A stretch of DNA of 64,000 nucleotides, from NCBI RefSeq assembly GCF_009914755.1, contig NC_060933.1; one strand, 5' to 3'. The position numbers and the translations under genes were made by a program. This document shows, piece by piece, positions 45,173 through 62,044 of the stretch (position 1 is its first letter; every line of letters starts with the position of its first letter). This stretch comes from the human T2T-CHM13v2.0 reference genome, Homo sapiens. A model generated the notes under the pieces. The model was not told the DNA's origin, did no database searches, and saw only the letters and a list, made by a program, of their open reading frames with translations.

Positions 45173-45599
45173 GGCGATGCCTCGCCCTGCTTAGGGTCAC
45201 ACTCGGTGGGCTGCACCCACTGTCCTGCACCCACTGTCCAAGAAGTCCCAATGAGATGAACCTGGTACCTCAGTTGGAAATGCAGGAATCACCCATTTTC
45301 TGCATCGCTCACGCTGGGAGCTGTAGACTGGAGCTGTTCCTATTCGGCCGTCTTGGAACCGCCCTGGACATTTCAGTTATAGGGAAAAATATCTGTTAAG
45401 CACTGAAGTAGAGGAAAACTTGGTTATATCAGGCAACAGTAAAACTGATGCTTTGGAATTTTAGAGGGGTGGGTATGAATGGAAAATGAGGCTGCAGGAA
45501 TGGATACAAATGAAATATTACATATTTTATTTTTCATATGTGGTTGTTCCAGGACTATTTTGCAATTTTATGAATCAATGAGAACCTCAACCACTTTTG

Positions 45600-47286
<1,687 letters not shown>

Positions 47287-47689
47287 GTGTAAAGGGAATT
47301 CAACTTTATCCTATGACCAAGGAAAACATTGACACATTTTAAGCAGAGGAATGGCAGGGTCATAACTTATGTTTCAAATATTTATTCCAAATTTTGAAAA
47401 CAAACCCTTATTATGATACTAAAATATACTCTTTTCAAATTAGTATGTGAGATTTAAATTGATCCCTGATTAACATTTCCTAAAAAATAACTTTAAGAAA
47501 ACACCTCTTAAATTACTCGTTAAGGCAAAGAAAGCTAATGCAATTCATAATAGCATTTGAACTAAAAAAGCAAGACAGTGTTGTTGAGTAAATGCATGTA
47601 ATCCAATAAATCACCTATAAAAATAGTAAAGAGGAAGCTTACTTCAAAAGTGACTGTCATAAATCCATCAGAATGGATTCAGAAACTCA

Positions 47690-47925
47690 AATGGAGAGGC
47701 CATTACCATGCTTAGGGGTCATGGAACAAAAGAGGACATGGGTTACTGAAGCTAAGTGAGACATAGAACTTTGACAGAAAGGCCTCCTGGCAGTCACTGC
47801 AGCCTTCGGAATATACTGCTAATATCATAACAAGGAGACTGCATGCAAGAAATATGTCGATTCTCTCACCTTCCACGCTCTGATCTTGGCTTGTAATTCC
47901 CATTGGCTGAACCCAATCCAAAACT
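47690..47925 (-). mobile_element. Old ERVL-type LTR fragment (LTR33-like)
   Basis: ctctgatct...cccattggctgaacccaatcca motif. Confidence 0.4.
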
Positions 47926-48223
47926 TACTGTAACAATATGAATAAAGTTATATTCCATAGAGCCTGGCCTTCTTTTCACAAAGCTGAAAAGAGGAAGTGA
48001 ATAATGAATTTGGGGGAAAGGAGGCAAATGAAAAAAAAAAAATAACCAGTAGCATACTGCCCTAATTTTTATCCTATTATTTTCCTCTTCCTCTAAAATA
48101 GTTGAGTATTCTGCCTTAAATAGGGAATCGGCTGAATTAGAGTAGATTGAAGCTTTTTTATAAGGCAGAGAATAACAGGATTTTTTTTTGTAAAAGAAGT
48201 CAAATATAAGAAGGAATATTTTT

Positions 48224-48533
48224 GGCTGGTTGCAGTGGCTCACACCTGTAATCCCAACATTTTGGGAGGCCGAGGCAGGCAGATCACCTGAGGTCAGGAG
48301 TTCGAGACCAGCCTGGCCAAAACGGTGAAATCCTCTCTACTAAAAATACAGAAAATTAGCTGGGCATGGTGGTGGGTACCTATAATCCCATCTACTCAGG
48401 AAGCTGAGGCGGGAGAATCGCTTGAATCCAGGAGGCGGAGGTTGCAGTGATCCGGGATCACACCACTGCACTTCAGCCTGGGCAACAGAGTGAGACTCTG
48501 TCTCAAAAAAAAAAAAAAGAAAGAAAGAAAAAA
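48224..48533 (+). mobile_element. AluSx with 16-bp TSD
   Basis: TSD aagaaggaatattttt (48208-48223) / aagaagaaatattttt (48534-48549). Confidence 0.95.
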
Positions 48534-51210
48534 AAGAAGAAATATTTTTAATATATTTTAACTGGATTTGGGGAAATACTTAGGGTTCTCCTCGTGAACA
48601 GTAAGTGTCAGAAGCCATATGATACATAATTAGATATTGTTTAATTTTCAGCTTGCATTTCCTTACCAAGAGAACCAAGTTACTTTAAAAAACCTCTGAT
48701 TTATCAATTTCCACAGGTTGTGTGTTTCACACATGCAATCTCTGCACTTTTCTCCCAAACTAATGATGCTGCTGGGGAACAAAGCTCGCAAAATCCATGA
48801 TATATAATGGAGCCCAGACTTTTAAGGATTTGTGAATGGATGCCAATGATGATAAAATGCTTAGAATTTTCAAGGAGATTTTTGGGAAACTGTTCTCATA
48901 AAAAAAAAAAGAGTTTCAGCAGTTGATTTATTTTTCCTGTGCTGATAACATTCTCTCCATATATCCCCATGCTAAACCCACCTCCCAAGTCTTATAATTT
49001 ATATTAGGTGGTGGTGGAATGACAGAGTATTGGAGAAGTAAGACAAGCTTACAAATTTTTCTACAAGAATACTGAGTCAAGCATGAGCTTGAAAATTCTC
49101 AATATTAATAGTCATTAGGAAGAAAATAAAGTCAATAAAGTCAGTAAAATTCTGCCCACCATCAGTATCTATTTTTGTGATCTTAGGTTCCTAGGGAGCA
49201 CAGTATATAAGGGTCTGTTCTTTGTAACTGTAACGTTGATCATCCTCAATGCTGATCAAAATAAATAGAACGGAGCATATTAAAATAGTAAGTTTCAAAA
49301 ATTCAGAAAGATTAGCTTTGAAAAAAGAATGTGCAGTTCAGCCAAACAATAAAACAGCTTATTAGCTCATACATCGCAAATCTAACCAAGCACGATGATT
49401 TTCTATGAGAATACAAATATTTATTATTGAAGTATTCAGACATATTGTACTTTCACCTAAGATTAATCTTGCTGTTAGAATCCTACTGCACTGGCAGTTT
49501 TCATGTGCTTTTAAATATTTAATAGCTATCTCTAAAAGAGTGGCTCCATGCAGTATCATGTTCCTTTCAGAACTTAACTCCAACTGACTTTTGACAAGTA
49601 AATGAATGAAATCTAGTATAAAAAGGATTCAACACTTCCAAACTCAGAGACATAAAATATTTTTCCTCTGAGGTCACACTTCCTTTGATGTGCTGACATT
49701 GTCAGAAATGTTTTCTGTTATCAGGAAGAAATGTTACTTTAAAATAACATTTATATTTTAAATAGCACATCATGAGTATTATTAAAAAATTAAAATGAAA
49801 CCAAAAGGAGTAAAGAATCACCATCTGAATCACTATCACTTCATATTTTATTGTTTAGCATTCCTAAAGTTCTCTATGCGTTTAATACTTTTAATTTTCA
49901 GTTTACTTTGCTAAATTGTTGAGGGCTATTTAAATTACCTTATTGAGGGCTATTTAAATCACATTCCTTCCAACTACATTCATCCTGATGTCTCTTGAGG
50001 CTCATGTAAATGTACATCCTGTGAACAGAACACAGAAATGCCAGTAGTCAATTTCCTTTGTCTCATACAGGAAATAGAATTATCAGTGATACTAGAGCAC
50101 AAGCATATGCTCAGTAAATATCTCAAATTGACGTGATAAGAATAGAAGGTTCTTAATAGGTTGACAATATCCTCTTGTTATTCACACAGCACCCCAACAC
50201 ACACATATGTTGCAATAATCACAATATAGTTTTTTACATAAGGCTAAAAGAGGCAGAATTTTCAATTGGCCTCCATTTTACTTTGGGTGTGCATGTGCAT
50301 TGTGTGTGTGTGTGTGTTTGAGATATACATAGTTTAAGGTATTATATTTAAATGAGAAAAAAGCATATCTTATAAAACAATCATGTAGTTGAGTTCAAGC
50401 ATATTTTGTGTTGGTGGTCCCAGGAAACAAAACAAAACTTGAAGAGGCACATTTATTTTGGTTCTTTATATTGAAAGATGCATTTGAGTAGAGCCTGGAG
50501 GATATCAGAGAGCTTAGTTCCTAGAGCTTCCCCTGGTCAATAGAGAAGGGAGAGATGGAAGGTCATTCAGATGGATTCCAAAAGCTGACCTCTATTACAA
50601 ATGCAGATTGTGCCTGTGGATAAAGTAATACTACTTATGTAATTTTTCAAGGGCACCATAATTGGTAGACAAGAGTCCGGGAATATTAAAAAATTACCAT
50701 TAATTAACACATTGCTCTCATTTAAACAGCAGATTTCCTAGGCTTCACCTCTTAAATAGCTCTAAAGCTGCCCTATAACTTGACATTTTGATGGTTAATT
50801 ACTGAGTTGATGGATCAACATATTTAAGGATTTTTTTTATCATCTTGCTGTTTCTCCACGTTTAAAAGCTGTTTATCACTTGAATGCTATTTTTCAATCA
50901 TCTCGCTGCCACAGCCTACTTAAGTGACATGATTCACATCCATGATTCACTAGTACAGTGACTTGATCATGCTAGTGAGGAGAGCAGCCTTTGTAAGAAC
51001 ATGATGAATGACAATGAGTGATAAGGAGGGACATGGGGCTCAGTTTCGCCCTGAAACATACAAATACACACTTACGTTCGCACGCCTGCATATACACAGA
51101 AATCCCTGGCTTCGCTCTCAAAGATTCCAGTAAAAAAGTATTCATTTTTAGATGGCACCCTGGAAGTACTTGTTATATTTGTCATTAGTTAACTATTTTT
51201 TAATGCCCCC

Positions 51211-51484
51211 ATTTTTATTGATATGTAATAGTTGTATATATTTATGAGGTACATGATATGTGCATACTACATGTAATGATCAAAACAGGGTAGTGAGTAG
51301 ATTGATGGTTATGAGAGGCTGGAAAGGGTATGGAGAAGAGGGGCATAAAAAGGAGTTGGTTAATAGATAAAAAATACAGTCAGATGGAAGGAATAAGTTC
51401 TGGTGTTCAATAGCACAGTAGGGCTACAATAGTAAAAAATAGTTTTTTGTATATTTGAAAATAGAAGAGAAGATTTAGAATGTT
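51211..51484. mobile_element. Short L1MA 3'-end insertion with 5' inversion
   Basis: The antisense extreme 3' end (51211-51292) joins a sense upstream 3' UTR piece (51290-51484). Confidence 0.75.
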
Positions 51485-53378
51485 GTTAGCAGTTGGCTAT
51501 TATAAAATCATTTTCCTTAGTTAAAACAAATGTGACAATTGCTAAATGTATAGCAAAATCACATCTTCATAAATAACTGAGAAAATGTGCCATTCTCTAT
51601 TTTTTTAGTCTGAAAATTATACTTCTGAGTGTCTTGAAAATGGGCAGAATTATTTGTAAGTTTCGTTATCATTCTGACCACCATCTATCTAGAGAAAAAA
51701 ATAGAAATATAATAGGAAAAGTCTGCTTGGTATACCATGGTGCTACTGCCCCCAAGACAAGCCATACATTTTAATTAATTTTGAAGTTTTATTCTGAGCT
51801 TATTTATTGTTTCCCAACAGAAGCTTCCAATGGGAAACAAATTCCATCCATCAGATGCACGTGGAAAGACATTCAAATATAATTCTGAGTTAATTAATGA
51901 CAAGGGAATATGGGCTTGATAAAAATCCAGGCAACATAATGAAAAGATGAAAACTCAGGCCCTATTTGAAATCTAATCAATATAAAGAATAGAAATATGA
52001 TGATTTTTGTGACATATGGTGAACAGGAAGAAACTTGTTAGGCTAAACATTTTAAAAATTCAGGACACATTTTCAAGTGCAAGTTCAGTTTCTTATTTTA
52101 GAAAATCTATCCTTTCAAAGGAAACTTGAAACTAAGAGTTTGAAGGAAATATAACTTCTCAGATAAGAACCTAATTTTATGCCTCATATGAGAAATTTCA
52201 AGATAAAAATTAAATAATCTTCAGAGGATATTTAATATGTTAAACCCATTAAAAGCTGGGCCAATGTAGAAAATAAACTGTTAGAATCCTCAGGTGCAAT
52301 TAAAAAATTAGTTGTCATTGTAATTTTGTTTTGAGCAACTTCAAATTTAGCCAGATTTTCAGATTATTGCCATGTATGCCTCCTTTTCAAACAGGATTTT
52401 TGTCTTATGAAAATTCCACTGACAGCCACTAAAATCGAAAGAGACATGTCTAGAAGAGTATTTCAGTTTTGAATCAGTTGTGAGCTGCTGATGAGATGAG
52501 ATATAAATAACTGGAATAAATTACCATAGGTGAAGAAAAATATTACATTAAAAGTTTGAAATTACCCAGAGAACTTTAAACTCAACGTTTGAAGAATTTG
52601 ACATAATACCTTAGGGAAAATGATGTGTTTGCTCTTTATTGACCTTCCTTTTCTAAATTGAGGTGATGAATTTTCTAATACTAGAAAAATATCTTAGTTT
52701 TCTTCTCTCTCTGGGATTCTCTGCTCATTTAGTTTATGATTACACCTTCTTTGTGGTAGGATATTTTAATGGAGGAAGCAAAAATAAAAATTGGGACCTT
52801 GTAGCTCTAGATTCTAGTCTCTGGGTAAATTTCCTAAATATCTTAGTTATATAGCAGATGTGCTAATTGGGTTTTATCTGAAGCTAGTGTAAGTATAAAG
52901 CTATTTATTAATCATGAGTTCTCATAAGCCTTACCCCAAGAAAATAAGCCTATGTTTGAAGGTGAGGACATTGCAACAAAAAAAAAAAAAGAAAGAAAGA
53001 AAGAAAAAAAGAGTTGAATAATTACACACATCTTTTGTATAATCAGTGATGAGTATTAACAGTGGGTTGTCACTTTGGGAGTTGGTATGAACAGGAGATA
53101 GCTCCTCACTGAGCTTAAGCATGGGACAAGGAAAATAATGGGTACCATTAAATAGTCAAGGTAATTAATCTGAATATCCTCCTGCAATTCTCATACATTA
53201 TTTTGATAAAATTGATAGAAATTTTAATTCAATATATGAAAGAAATATTGCTTGGGGCCTGGTATAGCTTGAAAATCATAAATTCCATTATTACACTTTT
53301 TCAGCATTTAAATACTTTTTATTTCTACATTGCTTTGTTGGATATGAGACATTAACACATCTTAAAGAGTGCTACCCT

Positions 53379-53379
<1 letters not shown>

Positions 53380-53418
<39 letters not shown>

Positions 53419-53420
53419 GA
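53380..53420. repeat. (GA)n microsatellite
   Basis: Seen directly in the sequence. Confidence 0.95.
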
Positions 53421-53789
53421 GGAGAGATAAGATTATATAATTAGCAAGGCAATCAAACTATATGCTAAATGTTGGACACAATTAAACTTCTATTGAAATG
53501 TGTACTTATTTAGTTAAAGTTGTCAAAAAAGTTGTTAATATTATTTCATTATTGGAAGTAGAGTTTTAGAAGGGCTGCACTCCTTAGAAATATAAACATC
53601 ACATAGTAAGACTTAGTCTAATATGCATGAGATGTCTAAAAAAATACTACAGCTTACCTCCAGATGTTCCAGGGAAGGCCCAGGAAGTTTGGTTTGAGGT
53701 AGCATAAATTATAAAGAAAAAGTATGGTCTCTGATTGAGCTTGAAGGGCATAGAGCATTCCAAACAAATAGAACAAAAATTTAACAAAC

Positions 53790-53922
53790 ATTTTATATAT
53801 ATTATATATATATTTATATATAATATAATAATATATATATTTATAAATAATATAATAATATATATATTTATATATAATATATATATTATATATGTTATAA
53901 AATATATATATATACACACACA
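53790..53922. repeat. AT-only tract with ~24-bp periodicity
   Basis: atatatatttata(t/a)ataatataata repeated about 3 times. Confidence 0.85.
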
Positions 53923-53929
53923 AAGAAGT

Positions 53930-54200
53930 ATACAAATGACATTTGGCTTCTCAAAATCAATAGTGAGACAAAACTGCAATCAATCAATGGCTCCAGTGTT
54001 ATGGGGAAAAATCTCTTCAGCCTAGAATTCTGTACAAGCCAACTTTGCAACCAAGTGTGTGAGTAAAACAATGACATTTCAAAATGGAAAGTGACTCAGA
54101 AAGAATGGCATACCCATTCTTTTTGGAAAGTTACTTGAAGATAAACTACTCTAAATTAAGAATATAGAACAACAGTGGAAACGTGGGATACAGAAAAGCA
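53930..54200 (+). mobile_element. Ancient L1M/HAL1 ORF1-like fragment
   Basis: ttcagcctagaattctgtacaagccaac resembles the ORF1 FQPRILYPAKL motif. Confidence 0.5.
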
Positions 54201-54814
54201 ATGTAAAGAATTCTAGGAAGCACAACATGGAAGGGTCAACTTGACAGCTGTTTGGCAGATTTAGAGAGCAATTGGTCCCATTTTGAAGATGGAGAAGAGT
54301 AGGTGATTACAGGGAGGTCTCTGAAACATACATCTTATAGAATATTTAATTAAATAAAAAAGTTTGAAAAAAGCCATAAGCTTAAATAGTTCCAGAAAAA
54401 TATTGATTTCAAAATTCCCAGAAAAGCAAAACAAAAATCAGTACAAGAAAGGAGAGATAAATATGCTCATTGGAATTTGCAGTAAATAACATTGGCTAGT
54501 TCAAAACAATTGCAGAAGAAATTATTACTATTACAAACCTTGTGGACATATAAAAATCAAAGTTAAGAGCTCTAAGAAAAGGCAGGAGAGTGAATACCAT
54601 GCAACAGGTTCTGTTTATAGTTGTTGAAAGAAGGACATAAGTAATTGGTGCACTATTTTAAAGTTAAGAAGATAATTGAGAAAGAAACTTAATTTAAAAA
54701 GTGGTTGTGGTTGAACGGGGGAAGATATATATAGCTAAACTATAATATAACATAGTATTAAAAATTATATCTAAAATCGATAAGCCAGAAGAATACTTAA
54801 TGCGGATTATATAG

Positions 54815-54980
54815 ATCTGTGCTATCCAACACAATAGCCACTAATCATATGTGGCAATTTAAATTTAAATATGATAATCTTAAGTCATACTAGCCACATT
54901 TCGGGTGTTCAAGAGTCGTGTGTGACTAGTGCTTATCATATCAGACCATGCATATAGAATATATCTATAATCACAAAATC
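54815..54980 (+). mobile_element. MER3/MER33-like hAT-Charlie MITE
   Basis: ctgtgctatccaacacaatagccactaatcatatgtggc...ctagccacatttc. Confidence 0.7.
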
Positions 54981-54984
54981 ACAG

Positions 54985-55345
54985 ACTCATACATGCTACA
55001 GCATAGATGACACTTGAGGACATCATGTTAAGTGAAATAATCCAGTCACAAAAGAAGAAACACTGCATGATTCCACTGACATGAGCTACTGAGAGTAGTC
55101 AAATTCATAGAGACAGGAAATAGAATGATTTTTTGCAGGAGCTGTGACAAGTGGGAAAGGGAAGTTATTGTTTAATAGGTACAGAGTTTGCGTTTTGCAA
55201 GATAAAAATAATCCTAGGAAATTCTTGATGACGGTGATGGTTGTACAACAAGGTGAATCCACCTAATGCTTTGAAAGTGTGCACTCAAAAATGGTTAATA
55301 TGGTACATTTCAGATCATGTGTATTTAATATAATTTTAAAAATAA
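54985..55345 (+). mobile_element. L1MB 3' end fragment
   Basis: ttaagtgaaataatccagtcacaaaag...gagtagtcaaattcatagagacag...aaaatggttaa. Confidence 0.8.
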
Positions 55346-57079
55346 AATACAATAGAAAACACATAAGAAAAGCTAATAATAGATATCATTCCGTAGTGAT
55401 TTTAACTAGTCACATTCCAAAGAACAGTATTAGTCCTTGAGCGGTACATTTCAGAAAACTCTTAACCTACTAAACACTCCAATTATTGATCTCCACATAC
55501 AGTTTACGGTAAAGGAAAATGGAATACATGCTCAGAAGTTACGTTTGATGATTCACCTTGCATCTAGAAAGATAAGCTTACCTGAATCAATATAAATCTT
55601 TAAAGCAATTAGAATCTTCAGTTTTTCTGCAATACATAATTGTATAAGGATAGAGTAAAATGGGTGTAGAAGACTTTCATGACGTCAAGTACGAAATGTG
55701 GATTTGGTCATGGAAGATAAATGGGGATAGCTTGAAAGTCCTTCTCTTCAGTATGAGGGACATAGAGGTTCCTAACATTATGGGCCTGTGTAAAATGTAA
55801 TAAGCCACACTGGGCAATGAGAGAGCAAACTAAGAAATGTATTTTATGAAGATCTTTAAAGATAGAATGGATATTTATCTTTTCAGCTAGATTTAGACCT
55901 AACTCATTGTCAGTTAAGTGATTTTTTCATGTATATATATATTTTTTTACCATTAAGAGGAATTACCTGTATTTGGCTCTGAAAATAGCCATACTATTAG
56001 CCATTTTATACAAGTGTATTCTTCGTAACCAAAAAACGTTCAGGAATATCAGTTGGATTTTCTCAGGATCACCATAGTATTAATCCTCAACCTGAAAACA
56101 AATTGTGTTTTAAACTATTAAAATTATATGTGTGACAGAACATTCATAATTTCTCCAAATAAAGACCATCATACTGATTGTCCTCAATGGAATATAATGT
56201 GACTTTTCCTTTCAGATAAATGTAAAATACACAATAGCTTGAATTGCTATTGCAGTGATACTCAGTCAAATTACTTCCTCATTTACCATTAAATGCTATA
56301 GATTCCATGAAATGAAGCTTGAAATGTAGGGTCAGAGATCATGCTCTTCTCTCTGCATCTCATTAATTCCAGTATGGTTTCAAGATAAATATTAGATACA
56401 GGGCAGAGTTACAATATTGAATGCATTAGAGAAAATAGTGTTGATTTGCAAAAAATAGAAATATTAAAATAAGCCATTATTCATCAGAGTATAGCATGCT
56501 AGTTCTCTGAGAAAAATAAACAATTCATAACTCTTTCCCTCAGTGAGCTCACAGTCTCATGAGGGACATCATCAAGAGGCAATGTTTTAAGCACCTGTAT
56601 ATGTTGCTTTAACACTTCATATTAGACATAAAGTCAATGTTTGAGAAACAACTGAGGTATCAGAGGTTTTGGTCAACTAAAGTCAAAGATGACACAACAC
56701 TGAAGAAGAGTTATAGCAGTATATCAGATAATAACTAGGTAGAAAAATATAGGAAAGACATTCCAAAAGGAAAGAAAAGGCATGCAAAATGTGAGGAACC
56801 AAAAAGAATACCATATGCATAAAATAGAAAGTACATCCATGTTACTGGGATGCAGCAGGGGATAATAAAACAATGGTAGCAATAATAATAATAGTTGTAT
56901 AATTTACACAACAAATCTTTCTAGAATATCTGTTATATGCCATGACTTGTTTAAGAGCAAAATACAATTTATGGAATGTTTTTATGTATATGACACTATT
57001 TAAAGCCTATATATATATATATACACATACATATCTTCCTATATATGTGTGTATATATATATATCATGTAATTTATGCA

Positions 57080-57240
57080 AAAATCATAACATCAAATTTA
57101 TTTTCATTCTAAATGTGAAATAATTGATGTTCAAAAAGTTAAGGAATTAGCCTAAGATGGCTCATTCAATAGCTTGTTGAGCCAGGATTCAAATCTGTTA
57201 TGTCTGACTTACAAAATGAGCATATAACCTCTGAGAAATG
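57080..57240 (-). mobile_element. MIR fragment
   Basis: gttaaggaattagcctaagatg...gagccaggattcaaatct...tgtctgact. Confidence 0.6.
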
Positions 57241-59056
57241 AGGTCAGCAAAGAAGATAATTATTAGATTAAGGTTTCTGTGCTCCCATGAACCCAATGCA
57301 AGTAAACATATGAAATATTTATATCTGTAACTCTTTCTTGCTTTGAAAAAGTCATCAAAAATTTTGTAAAATTATGTTAATATGCTATAGTTTTATTTTA
57401 AGTAAATGAGGGGTGAGTTTTCATCATGAAGCAAGTAGCAATTTGTAATCAATTGTCATTGTCATTTTCATGTATGAATCCTATAGTTTCTTTTAAATTA
57501 AAGCAAAGGGACTGTGCCTTGCTGCTAATATTATGGATGTCTTTATTTACTTCTTTAACAGGCCTAGCTTTAGTAGAAGGTGTCAAAGAAAAAATATGAA
57601 TACTTTATAAAACTTTGGTTTTATTTTTATAACCAATGTTATTAGGTCACAAAAGTCACAGTGGTCTTTGTGTTTAATTCTTTTACCAATAAAAGCAAGA
57701 AGCCAACAAAGCTGAAGAACCACATTAAGAATGCCCCTCTTGTAAATTTCTTTTTATCCCATTGCTAAGTGTTTAAGTGAGAAGGATGCTGAAATACAAA
57801 AGGCAGGAACCTTATGAAAGTTGAATTTGGTCAAGCAAAAACATAAAACTAAAAGCATTGCCTCCAAATCCACTTTGAAACTTTGTAATTGTATTGCATG
57901 AGACACAACTGGGGGCATCTTGATGCAACAAGTTTTCTGGCACTGACTGAGCTGTTTTATGACTTGAAGCAGTTGAAGATAGTTGAAACAGATTTTTAAA
58001 AATATGAGCCTACTGATTGCAGGAAAGAATTGTGAAGTGCCCCAGAGGGAACTCTTCGTAAGGGTAGAAAAGTCTGAGCTGATGACTTGTGTTCAGCACC
58101 AACTCCTTAATAAAAGTATGTCTGGCATCCTGGCAGTGTACAGTACCATGGGAGAATCAGTGAGCATGTGGGTAGTGTGAATTGGTGAACCTCTTTCATT
58201 AAAAGTTCTAATACCTTGAGACCCAGTCCTCTTTACTGTAGGGCTCCATCCCTTTCTGAAGTCACAGCATGGCAGAGAGCAGGCCAGCAGTTTCTAGAAG
58301 TGGCAATGACAACAGTGTGCCCAGCTCTCCCTCAATGGTAATGGCAGAGGTCCTTGAGATGATCAAGACCAGCTATTTTGGTGACTCAGTCTTCAGAATA
58401 TATCAAGCGCCCTCCTGGATGAGGGTAGATTCAAAGATATCAGTAAACGCAGCACACTTGAATGGCTGACTTCTGAGAAGCACTTAGAATAAATCTTTAC
58501 CAAAGTCACTGAACAAATTGAGTGACAATGTAAGAAAGAAAGGTGTCTGTTAACCTTAAAATATCTGCCCTATATTCTAATAGTTGGAACCATTTCATAG
58601 AAAAGAAAAAGAAAAGTTCAACTCTGACCTCTACTCTCACCATTTGATTGTAATTTTGTATTGACAGTTCTTCATTCAGCCAAAAACTTATTTTCAGCTG
58701 CTTTGTATTCTTACTCATGCCAGCAAAACACAATTCCTAATTGATCCACTTTAAGAAATGCCAAAACTCACTGTAGCTTTAAAGAGGTAAATATGTATTT
58801 TTTCATATTATTTCTGAGAAAAACTACTTGGCATGAAAATCTTGGTTCTCTGACCACAGAGAGAGCCCCAGAGATGCTTTTTAAAGTGTGATTTTGCTGC
58901 TTTTATGCATAAGCCTAGATGTCTCTGTAAGTTTTAGCCTTGCTATTGGCAAGCATTGGATTCAGAATTCCTAAAACCAACTTATTTCTTGAAATAAACA
59001 TTGTCATCATACCGAGCCTGGGCATTTTCAAGATGCCATCAAAAAATGAAAAGAGA

Positions 59057-60780
<1,724 letters not shown>

Positions 60781-62044
60781 AAATGAAAAGAGAATATTCA
60801 GATCTTTTCTACTAAACAAATATTTTCTTTGTTTTCATAAACTACATATTTAAATACTTGATTAGATTTACAGTGGGTGTGTTGTTTTATTGTACTTGAT
60901 GGAAAATAAGAACCAACTTTATGAAAAAGACTAGTTTTTGCATGGCTTGTCATACTTTACTCAAGGGAAAAAATTATGCCTTTTAGTCTTTTGTTGATAT
61001 CATGGGTATTGTTGAAATCAATTTCTTTCTTTCTTACTACTTTTTTTTGTCAAGTTGTCACTCAACAAGAAGGAAATGAAGGTGGACAATTAGGCAAACG
61101 TCCCAGTGCTGGACAAAGCATTTTCACTGGCTACAGTTGACTGGCAAAGCCTTTTAAATGCATCAACTGAAGTCTGCAAATAATTGGACACACTAGCTAA
61201 ATCTTCCAACATTTGCTTATAATATAAATATTTAAATATGCGTTTATGCCAGATGCTAGTAATCTAGTACATTAGATACATGCTATTAGGTATACATTCG
61301 TGTCTTCAATCTCTTACCACTACTTGCATACATACCCTTTATCGTATAACTTTTCAGTGCATCTCACTATGCCTCTCCAAGTCTTGCTTTGGCCAGTGGG
61401 ATATTGGCAGATATGCTACAAGATAAGTTTGAAGATTACCAGCCAGTTTCTACTTGCCTTCTTGCACATTTGTAATTTCTTTGGTGAGAAAGCACTCAGG
61501 CTGGTCATTAGCCTTAGAAGGAGAAGATATATAATGTTATAGCACAATGTTTCATCAGCAGAGCCTAGTCTAGATTTTCAGGTACATGAGTAATACTAAC
61601 CATATGCCTATCAATGAGTAACCAATACAGTTCCTATAACTCTTTGTCAATACACGCAGAATGAAATGTTGGTTTTTCAAATATGGCTGCAATTATTTTA
61701 GGATAAAGGAACATGTGCAACCTAAATTCAACAATATGACACTTTAGGTAATTCTGGTGTACTGTAACATAGGTCTATCTTTTACGGTAAAGCATATTGT
61801 AAGAGTTTTTTTTCTTTTTTTAATTACACAGTTCTGAGCGATCAAGCTTAGCAGGAAAATACTACATGTCAATGAAGAAAAAGTCTTCTTTTCATAGATA
61901 TAAAATCTGCTTCCAGGGTGCTCAATTAAGAGAGCAGAGCACAGGCTGGATCTGAGCCTCCATTCACCCCTTCAGCTCAGTACTACAAAGTAGTTATCAC
62001 ATTGTGGCTCAGGAAAAAAAATGTCAAATTAAAAGGCAAAATGT

